Assembly: GCF_964194155.1 (NCBI RefSeq) | Contig: NC_135903.1 | Coordinates: 31,620,001-31,684,000, forward strand | Length of the DNA: 64,000 nt | Direction: 5' to 3' | From: Cetorhinus maximus | Lineage: Eukaryota | Shown here: positions 53,563 through 64,000 of the stretch, piece after piece | How positions within the stretch are numbered: the stretch's first letter is position 1 | Layout: each line of letters opens with the position of its first letter | Position numbers and translations under genes: made by a program | The notes under the pieces: generated by a model | The model's database searches: none | Told to the model about the DNA's origin: nothing | The model's input: the letters and a program-made list of their open reading frames with translations, nothing else

Positions 53563-54195
53563 TCAGTTTAGAAATGTATATTTCTAACAACAGAAATTGG
53601 ATAATATATGCACGTGTCTCCTCTTGTCACATTAACTTAGTGTTTCATAGAATTAATTACCGCTGAAGTGCAGTGGCAACCACAATAGTCCTTTGTTCCA
53701 ACAGATATTCTGTACTCGTATATAACTTATGGGTCCCAGAGATACCCTTAGAATTTCCAGAGTTATTGCTTTGTAAAGGTGAAAATATTTACTGATTTCT
53801 AAATAATTGTCATAAGCATTAGATTTTACTTCCAAAATCAGGTTATTTAAATGAGCAGTTGTTTTTATCCATACAAATATTGGGGGAAGGGGGGTGGGGA
53901 GGAAAGAAGAAAACTGTACATTAATGTAGTTAGGTATCAGGTTCTTTGGCAATAATGTGTTGACAAAACTCAATTATAGTTGAATGGTGCTGTTTTTCTC
54001 CATTTAAGACAAAAGGCCAACAATAACACTTTAGATAAGTTGTACTGATTACACTGTTGACTTTGGGGATATCATGTAATGTTCTATTTAAAACCTGAAG
54101 ACTCTGGACAAAGACCATGAAAAGATAACCATGAAAAGTATGACAAGAGCCCCTCACACCCAGAAATAAAATGCATCATAAAAATTAGACCTCAC

Positions 54196-54306
54196 CATGA
54201 TGGCTTCCACTTGACAATTTTGCACTTGGTGCTTTAGGCTCATTCACTCCATGCACAGTGCATGTACACCTTCCATTCTGAGGCTGTGGAGGGCTTCCAA
54301 CTTCAT
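54196..54306 (-). CDS. RUNDC1: RUNDC1 exon 4 (111 nt)
   Basis: Encodes DEVGSPPQPQNGRCTCTVHG...; cacag and gtgag boundaries, phase 1/1. Confidence 0.88.
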
Positions 54307-55247
54307 CTGTGTATAAGTGTAAAGACCACATTAATTTGGCAAAATTCTTATGGAGCTGCTTCAGTAAAGTTTTTGGGGCTTTTAAAACATTCCACTGTGT
54401 TGGAACATCTATATTGGTGAATTGACAGGGGAGAAAGCTCAAATTTTAATTCCAGGGATTTAAAGAAAATGAGTATATGAACAGGATTCATACTAATTTA
54501 CGATCAGAATCAAAGTTACACATCACCTATCACTTATGACCTTTGAGACTCAGTAATAAAACGGCTTCTGGCAGCTTGTGTTGATTTATTAACCTAGAAA
54601 AAGCACCATCAGATTCCCCCTCCCAAACCCACTGAGTTAAACACACAGCAATATAAAATGCATAATGCTGACTGAACAGAGTCCTTTTCTGGTTAATAGA
54701 TTATAGGTTCTGATAATGCAGAGACGCCCTCTATACTTTCTGGGGTAAAAGAAAAGAACAAGTAGAGACATTTCACAATTGCAAATTCTCTGGTTGGTTG
54801 TATTTTTGATACAAATATTGGGGGAAGGGGTGGGGAGGAAAGAGAAAACTGTACATTAATGTAGAGTTAGGTAACAGGTCCTTTGGCAATAATGTGTTGA
54901 CAAAAGATAGATCATTCAATTATAGTTGAATGGCGCTGTTTTCTCTATTTAAAACAAAAGGCCAACAGTAACACTTTAAATAAGTTGTACTGATTACGCT
55001 GTTGACTCATTTATCAAATTGCACAAGGGACTGCTGGAGATTTTTTTTGGAGTGGTGGTGGGGTGGGATGTGATTGGGTGAAGGTGGTAAGGAGTGGCGT
55101 TCCCTAAAATTGACTGCTGTCAGACACTAATTCTTCTAAAGATTTTAGTTCCAAAACTTTAATTTTTTTTGAAAATAGGATAATTGATCTTATGATCAAC
55201 GAGTCCAAAAAATGCCAGTGGCTATTGAGAACAGCACAATAGTTCTA

Positions 55248-55451
<204 letters not shown>

Positions 55452-55729
55452 CTAAAAAAGAGACATCCATCAACACACATATCTTCTGTAACCCCCATCT
55501 TTCTATCATCTTTTTGGGTCCTCTGAATAACATCCACTTAAAGGGGGCAGGCAAGTGTTCGGCTTCCAGAATTCTTCCACGTAACTGACCATTACAAAGT
55601 TTACCCTGATTATTCCAGCTCCTGCGGGCTGAGACAAGTGGCCTGGGTCTCCTCTCCTTCCATCCCGATATATATCTGATATGTGGAAAACTGTGGCTGC
55701 AAACTGGAACCTTGCCAGTATAGAGACAC

Positions 55730-56175
55730 CATGTGTCAGCCTGGGCTCAGTGACATTACTTCAGAAAGAAATTATATCAGAAAGTTATGGGTCCAAGCCC
55801 CATTACAGAGACAAGTACATAATCTAGATTGGCACTTTTGTGCAGTACTGAGGGAATGCTGCACAGTCAGAAGTATCATCTTTCAGATGAGATTTTAAAC
55901 CTAGGTTCTGTATGCCTGTCAGGTGAATGTAAAAGATCCCAGAGGAACAGTGGAGTTCTCCTCCTATCTTAACCAGAATTTATCCCCCACTTAATATCAG
56001 TAAAACAGATGATCTGGTTATTTATTTCATTTCTGTTTGTTTGTTGTGCACAAATTGGCTACTATGCGTTCTACATTACTTTTGAAGCTTAATCATTTTT
56101 GTATTTCATTAGCTGTAAAGCTCTGTGAAACATCCTTAAGCGAAAGGCACTATATAAATACAAGTGTTTTTTTTT
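55730..56175 (+). mobile_element. Deu-domain SINE (AmnSINE1/SacSINE1-like)
   Basis: Contains gtgcagtactgagggaatgctgcac..tttcagatgaga..aggtgaatgtaaaagatccc..aaacagatgatctgg..aaaggcactatataaatacaag. Family name is from recall of the consensus; other pieces at 10230-10350, 11370-11478 and 63560-63710. Confidence 0.7.
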
Positions 56176-56909
56176 AAGCTGATGTTACTTAGGAATATAG
56201 ACTCAGGTAGGTCATTCAGCTCTCCAAACCTAGTGTGCTAATTAGATAATTTCTCTATTTACCCACTTTGGTGCCATAACCCTATATAACAAAATCTCAG
56301 TTTTGAAATGTTCAATTGAGCTAGTCTTAACAGCTGTTTAAAAAATTATTTCTTGGGATGTGGGTGTCACTGGCTAGGCCAGCGTTTATTGCCTTGTTCA
56401 GAGAGCATTTAAGAGTCAACCACATCGCTGTGGGTCTGTAGGCCAGACCAGGTAAGGATGACAGATTTCCTTCCCTAAAGGACATTAGGGAACCAGATTT
56501 TTAAATTTTTTTTTTACTACAATCGGCAATGGTTTTGTGGTCATTACAGACTTTTAATTCCAGATTTTTTATTGAATTCAAATTCCACCATCTGCATAGT
56601 GAGATTCAAACCTGGGTCCCCAGAACATTATTCTGGGTCTCTGGAATACTAGTCCAGTGACAATACCACTATATCACCACGTCCCTTTGGAGGAGGTAGT
56701 TCCAGTTTTCCACTACCCTGGTAGTTTAACTAGTTGAAGCATATTAAATACCCTTTACAATATTTGTTGGTTATCTTACGCTTAGGAAGGTCCAAGTCCA
56801 CTTTGAGGCTGTTGAAATCTTAGTACAGTTATTATTGGTTGATTTTGCCACTAGATTAAGTTGATCATGAATGAAATGAGAAAGTATGTCTGCAGTACAT
56901 TATGATTTA

Positions 56910-57143
<234 letters not shown>

Positions 57144-60100
57144 TCAAATATACATGAAAAAATAAATACACAATTGTGGGCTCTATCCAAACTGATCAAG
57201 CATTGGGAAAACTGCTGGCTTACTGTTCATAAGCAAATATATATTCAGATTGCATAGAAACCAAATAAATTGTTTGGAAATGTAACTTTTCATTTAATCA
57301 AAAAGAACCCCAGAAAGTTTGAATTAGATCAAATGAACCAAGCTGGAAAACACAATGTAAGTTAACAAAACAATACATGCAGTTATATCCTACAGGGAAA
57401 AAACTTAATAAATGCAAGCTTTTGGGACAGGAAAAAGTAATAATCTAAAGCAATAGTAAAGTTATCACAATTCATGCACTCCAGCTGATAACAGATCTGT
57501 TGCACTTAACCCTTTCAATGCTGAATATTCTGGTAGCTTTAAAAATATCAATTTTATTTTTTACCTTAGCATTTACGAACATACTCCCTAATTTTGCAAT
57601 TTTAAAATATGGAATACAGTAAACTAGAAATAATGGACAAGACTGCTACTCCAACCCCTGTTCAAATTAGCCCTCCCCCTACTCCTCTCTAATTCCATGC
57701 TGGGATAAATCTGCTCTACTCCAATTTTATGCTCGCATAGTTGTTACTCTCCTTCATTCAACTTCACACTGGCATACAACTGTACTTCCTCCTTCACTCT
57801 CCCACCCACAGTGTGGCACTTTGTTCCTCTCTGTGAATTAACCAATCCATCTTCTATTTGCTGTCACTAACCCTCTTTCACTCCTGTTTCTACAGACATT
57901 GGCCACTGAACACCACCTGACCCCAATGATGGCTTCAACCATGGTACATTTTCCTCTAGCACATGGCACCACATCCACTCATCCCTGTACCCAGCAGGTT
58001 GAGGTCCATCATCTATACATACATGGGAAACCAAAGTAGGAGTATAACCCTAATCCCCACATATCCAATATACGGCACTCTGACTGCAGCACTGCACTTC
58101 CCAGCTGTGCTAGCTGCAAACCTCAACAGCACCAGCCCCGAGACAGCGCCCCAACTGATGCTGCCTTGGCCCCAAGTCCAGTCATCACCACCCCACCCCC
58201 CACTGCAGTCTGTAACATAACACTAATGGATCCTGCTGTATCCTCCCTCACATTTTGAGATAGAACAGTCGATGTACGCTGCTCCTGTACCCCAATATCA
58301 ATCTGGCAGATTGTTTCAGACAAAAAAAACCCCGCAGATTGTAGAAGGAAGGGAAGGAGTTCAAAAGCTTAGAGGTCTCAACGGAACAAGAGTGAAATAT
58401 AATTAACTTAAAACTTATCCGATTTAACATCAAGAGTCCCAGTACATGCTCATGCAGGCAAGCAACTTCACATTTACAGCTATGTGTTTAAGATATTCAA
58501 AGACCAAATGTACGTGGTTCCTGAGCCATTCACACTGTAGTCTACTACTTGTGAATCAAGGTTGGTTGGTTAAAATTCAGTTAATTCAGTGTTTTTGGCA
58601 CTAAATTTTACATAGAGCAAAACAAAATATGGGACATGCATGTTGAGTGAAGGTGGATGCTGGGATATATCTTAAAAACTTTTTAAAAATCTAGTATTTT
58701 AAAGATTAAATAAAACATTCCACAGATATAAAATTACTCTTTCTGGGCCAAATCTGTTGTTTAGTAATAGTTATTACTCAGTTGGCCATTAAAGACCCCA
58801 TTACACCTGATTGCACAGCAATGGGAGAGCAGAAAAGGGGAAGCTCTCACCACATCAACCGATTTTAACAATTGCTGGTTCTGGGAGGGGTCCAAGCAGC
58901 ACAGTTGACATGGCAAGTACTTCTCCTTTTCACTCTCACGAACACTGACAGCTCGCCGTCAAACAGCTCTGCATAATCTAGGCTCATGTTACTTAATTCA
59001 ATTTTTAGTGCGAAAAACGACCCAGTAATCTATGTTTACAAAATTTTCATTTGTTAAGCAAAAAAAATTCAACTTTGAATATAAACTTACCAAACCATCC
59101 TGTGTTAGGCAGGATGAATAAAAAAAAAAGCAGATGATGATTAGATTCATTAGATATATTACAATTAATTAATTTTTTGCAAACTTCAGGCGTTTCTTAG
59201 TTAGTAATCTGCTTCTTTGAATTTTACATTCCAGTTTATTTATTAAATTATGCTACTTGGGTAAAATTTTCAATATTGGCCAGTTGCCGGTATTCTCTAC
59301 TGGGATTAACCAGCAGCAATCCTAAAGAATAATTTTTGAAATATATTGTATCCCACGTTGTAGTGCATGCTTTTCTTTGATCCAAAGAACATTGTAATTT
59401 ATGACTTGGACTGCCATATTTTAAAAATATTTTGCATTAAAATTATAATGCAATGCATCATGATTTTGTAAAAGGCCCAATATAAAATATAGCCATTTAA
59501 AAATTTAAAATGTGAAAATGAAAAATTTGTAGATCTATGTCATGTCTGAGATCATTTTTTGGATATAGCTTATAATACTACCCTGAATATCACACGTATC
59601 ATATATAGCAGCAATTCCACTAAAGCAGGCAGGTTGGATAGCTCTTGGTATTAAGGACAAAGCTGGATAATGGAAAATCAGTCATTCGTCTCCTTTAGAA
59701 ATCGTAAAAGGACATCACTACGGTTGAGCTGGGTGGAGAGGGATGGGGAAAGAGCACAGCCAGTAAAACAGAAAAGAAACTTGTTAATACTCTTCAGGAC
59801 TTTGTTAAAATGTTGAAATCCAAGTACAGACCTGAAATGCCATAACCTGCCTTTTCTTTTTACAGATGCCAAGTGATAGTGCATATTTCCACTTTTTCCA
59901 TTTGAGAGATTTCCATTCTTTTCAGCTTCTCCTTTTTAATGTAGGCTTTTGCTTCAAACATCCAGTAACAGCAAGATTCTGAATATTTGATTTGCAGTTA
60001 CAATTTTAATAAATTTACTTGTACAATGCAAATAAACATTCAAAATACATTTGTTTTCCCCAAGTCTAATGCTCCAACAATGTTTAAAAGATTAACTTTG

Positions 60101-60169
60101 ATTATCTTGTTGATATCTTATACATTCTAAACTACTTGGATCCAACCATTCAGAAAATGCAATAGCAAG

Positions 60170-61140
60170 TATGGTATGGTATAGGACACTACCCTCAGGA
60201 ACTCCTGCAGCCATGCCCTGGGACTGAGATGATTAGCTTCCAACAACCACAATCCTCTTCCGTTGGCTGATTTCTTATCTAGCACAAAGGAAGATGGCTG
60301 CAGTTGTTGGAGGTCAATCATCTCAGTCCCAGAACATGGCTGATGGAGCTCCTCAGGGTAGTGTCCTATACCATACCATCTTCAGCTGCTTCATCAATGA
60401 CATTACCTCCATCATAAGGTCAGAAGTGGGGATGTTTGTGGGGAATCCCCCAGTATCAACATCCTGAGGGATACCATTGACCAGAAACTGAACTGGAACA
60501 GCCTTATAAACAATGTGGCTACATGGGCAGGTCAGAGGCTGGGAATTCTGCAGCAAGTAACTTACCTCCTGACTCCCCAAAGCCTGTCCACCATCTACAA
60601 GACACAAGTCAGGAGTGTGATGGAATACTCTCTAGTTGCCTGGATGAGTGTAGCTCCTACAACACAAGGGGTGGGATTTTATGGTCCCAAAGTCAATGTA
60701 AAATTCTGCCCCAGAAGCTTGACACCATTCAGGACAAAGCAACCTGCTTGATTGGCACCCCATCCACCACCTTAAACATTCACTCCCTCTACCACTTAAG
60801 CACACAATGCACTGCAGCAACTCACCAAGCCACCTTCAACAGCACCTTCCAAACCCACAAACACTATCACCTAGGGCAAGAGCAGCAGATGCATGGGAAC
60901 ACCGCCATCTGCAAGTTCCCCTCCAAGTCATAAACCACTGCAATTGCTGCACCAACAACCGCCATTCCTTCACTGGTCAAAATCCTGGAACTCCCTTCCT
61001 AACAGCACTGTGGGTGCATTTACACCACTTGGACTGCAGCGGTTCAAGGTGGCAGCTTACCACCATCTTCTTAAGGGCAATTAAGGATGGGCAACAAATG
61101 CTGGCCTAGCCAATAATGCCTACATCATGTGAAATAAAAA
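60170..61140 (+). mobile_element. APE-type LINE 3' fragment with a 5' inverted duplication
   Basis: Same family as 16104-19303; 60170-60250 is the reverse complement of about 60300-60379. Confidence 0.8.
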
Positions 61141-62793
61141 AGAACATTTAGAATTCCAATCAGTGCAACTTCACATCCAGTACTGAAGTGTTTTGAAAAA
61201 TAAAGTTTAATTGCTCAGGAAAAAGGATTGTGCATGTCATAAAGGCAATGTGGGTTTATTTAGGATCATTTAATGCAGTTTCTCAATTATGGTGTATCTT
61301 TCTTTAAAATCTTCAACATCCAATTTGCACAGGTAGCACCCAGATTATTTCAAACTTTGAAATACAGTACATCTGTACAAACACAACTTGCTTGCCATTG
61401 TAATAATTAAGTGTCAATATGCTGAATACACATAATACAATCTGAGGTAGGACAGTCACTTAACATCTGTTCAGCATGCAAATAAAAAATACACTCTGCA
61501 GTTAACATTGTTTAAAAATTGCTAATGAGTATTCAGTGGCTCACTGGTCTATTAACAAGCTGTATCACAGATTTCTAAGGTGCTAGTCAAGAACTACTCT
61601 TGACATATTCTGGATTAACAGGGTCATCAACAAGAGCCCCAGTCATGGCTTAATCACTTCCCATTATGGAGAAATTGTTCAGGTGACTTGAAGATATTGA
61701 TTATTTTTGAAGCAATGTTAGCAGAGTCACCTGTCAACCTTTCCACTAGGGAATATATTGCACTTGGGGAACCTAATGGGGGGGGGGGGTTAAGAGAGAA
61801 TAATTGGAAAATAATATTGTGAAAATAGCATATAATGTGCTTTCCAATAGAAGTATTATATTTTGAATTCAACAGTTTTCATACATTCCTGTAACTTCCA
61901 CAGAACTACAAGTGGTCACATGAATAATAGCAACAATTCTGCTAAATTAATGAATTGTACCAAAAAAATAATTTTGGACGAATTCCTCAAATAAATATGT
62001 GTGCTGCAGTATTTGCACAATGCCTTTGACATACAGACACAAAATTAAGTTTGGTCACTGTTATAATACAGCATCAGTAGATTCTTCCATACATTAGTAA
62101 AGTCTACCCAATTATTCAGAACCACACTGATGTACAAGTGGTAATGACAGCTAATTTTACACATGGAACTGGTGACAGGTAATAGAATAGCTAGTTGACT
62201 ACAGAACCTTATACAGGAGAATTCTGATACATTGAACGCATATCATATAGCCAGATTAAATTTATATAATCAGGTAGTGCCTCTAAAATTCAATCCACTA
62301 CAATGACCAATAGGTATTTGATACAGATTAAAATCTCAATAGTCTAGCTAGAAAGGGGCTGGCAGTGATGGCTAACAAAAGTAATTAAAAATGAATTGCA
62401 CCATTGATTGCAGCAAGTTTTCAATTATGAATGTACAATTAGAAATAGGTCAGTTTGACAGATTTGGGCATTTTCAACGTGCTCACTCTCAAGTTACAAA
62501 TTGGCAAATAGTAGGTGGGGAGGATGGAGCATATTCTTGCCATAGTGGCGAAGAGTGGAAGGGCACCCAGCAGACGGGTTTCATCACCTCAGATTTGTCA
62601 TTAATTGGTTGTGCATGGTGTTATAGCGAACTTCCCAATACTTTTTCATAGGGAGAAAGTTGGGCTTTTTTTCCAAAAGCAAATTAGTTGCTTTCAAATT
62701 TGAAGCAGACGTTCTTAAAAAGGTAGATTTTTCGGATCAAGCTCCTGCGGTGAAGCCGTATGGGTGAAACAGGTGTCCCGGGTACTTCCTTAC

Positions 62794-63171
62794 CGCATTG
62801 TCCAGCTGCTGCCCGTCCAGAGCCCGGGTCACGAAAGGTTGCGGGCAGCCTTTGAAGGCGAAGTCCTCCAGCTCCTTCAGCAGCCGCTCCTTCTCGTCGC
62901 TCTGAGCGTTGACGATCTGCTTGAGGCGGAACTGGACCTGGGCGAAGTGCGAGGTGAGGGCGAGCAGCGACGAGTTCAGCAGCTCCTGCTCGCTCTCCAG
63001 CCGCTGCATCTTCTCCGCCATCACCGTCGCCATCACCGTCACCACCCCGCTGCCCAGGCCGGCCTCGGGCGGCCCGGCCCTCTCCATCTCCTCGGGGCTC
63101 GCCACGGCCCCCACGGGGGCCCAGCGCTCCCCGGCCAGCCTCTCGGAATCTGACAGGGACACGTCGTCCAT
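62794..63171 (-). CDS. RUNDC1: RUNDC1 exon 1, coding part (378 nt)
   Basis: Encodes MDDVSLSDSE..ERWAPVGA..LESEQELLNSSLLALTSHFAQVQFRLKQIV..LEDFAFKGCP; GCG|gtaagg donor. The five exons total 1704 nt = 567 aa plus stop. Confidence 0.95.
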
Positions 63172-63243
63172 CCTGTGCCGGTTGCGATCGGCGGGTCTTC
63201 CCCCCCACAACCTCTCCGCCTCTTTTCAAACCGGTCAATGCTC

Positions 63244-63335
63244 GGCCGCCATCTTGTGGGAATAACGCGCCTGACGTGACGTCGTGACGTCACTCCCGCG
63301 ACGTCGAGCCGTTTTATCACCTCGATGACGTCACC
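63244..63335. promoter_or_regulatory. RUNDC1 CpG promoter with a YY1 motif and clustered CRE/ATF sites
   Basis: GCCGCCATCTT (63245-63255), tandem TGACGT half and full sites at 63272-63292, and TGACGTCA at 63326-63333. Confidence 0.7.
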
Positions 63336-64000
63336 GAGCAGCCACCAGGTAAGTGCAGGTGTGCAAGACCATTTGACCTCTCTGATTAAGCTATTCTTAA
63401 TGACCGTAAGCCCCATCCCACCTCCCCATTTAATCAGCCCTGAAGAAGGGTCATCCGGACTCGAAATGTTAACTCTTGTTTCTCTTTCCACAGATGCTGT
63501 CAGACCTGCTGCATTTTTCCAGCATTTTCTGTTTTTGTTCCCCGTTTAATAAACCAGTTGCATTTTCCCCCCCACATCGAAAAGATAGCACCTCCAACAG
63601 TTCCCTCAGTACTATACTGGAGCCCCAGTGTAGATTGTTACACTCATGGCCTGAAGTGGGACTTGAACCCAGAACTGCAGCTCTTAGAGGCCAGTGCTAC
63701 CAACTGAGTGACAGCTGACAAAAGTCATATTGAACTCGAAACATTAACTCTGCATCACTCTCCACAGATGCTGCTAGACCTGTCAAGTTTTTCCAGCACT
63801 TTCTGTTTTTATTTCAGGTCTCCACCATGCACTGTATTTTGTTTATATGCTCGTATTTGTTTTATAACGACTGCCTCCACAGTCTCACTCTAAGACTCCG
63901 TTAAATTCTGACCACTCGCCACAGAATTGTTACAGCACAGAAGGAGGCCATTCAGCTCATCATGTCTGCACCGGCTCTCCAAATGAGCATTTAGTGCCAT

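Noticed and set aside
62684-63491. Long overlapping ORFs on both strands around RUNDC1 exon 1
   Set aside because: Shadow ORFs of a GC-rich CpG island; only the MDDVSLS frame splices into RUNDC1.

Overview
Vertebrate genomic DNA, inferred to be a cartilaginous fish (shark-like repeat landscape). It holds three minus-strand genes in the same order as human 17q21: RUNDC1 (complete, 5 coding exons, 567 aa), RPL27 (complete, 136 aa, with a 5'TOP non-coding exon 1) and IFI35 (5' part only; the gene runs off the left edge). The IFI35 upstream region carries ISRE and GAS elements. The rest is mostly repeats: CR1, L2, Tx1-like and other APE-type LINEs, tRNA-derived and Deu-type SINEs, Penelope-like elements with hammerhead-ribozyme motifs, Harbinger-like TIR elements and a Gypsy remnant. 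The most notable feature is a decayed R2-clade retrotransposon (25535-30148, minus strand) lying outside rDNA. It keeps three zinc fingers, the Myb domain, the CCHC knuckle and the restriction-like endonuclease, but has lost the RT core. It begins with an HDV-like ribozyme fold and is inserted in a CR1 LINE at a site reconstructed as AA(G)G^TAGC, which mimics the 28S rRNA R2 target. All calls come from reading and hand translation; no searches were run.
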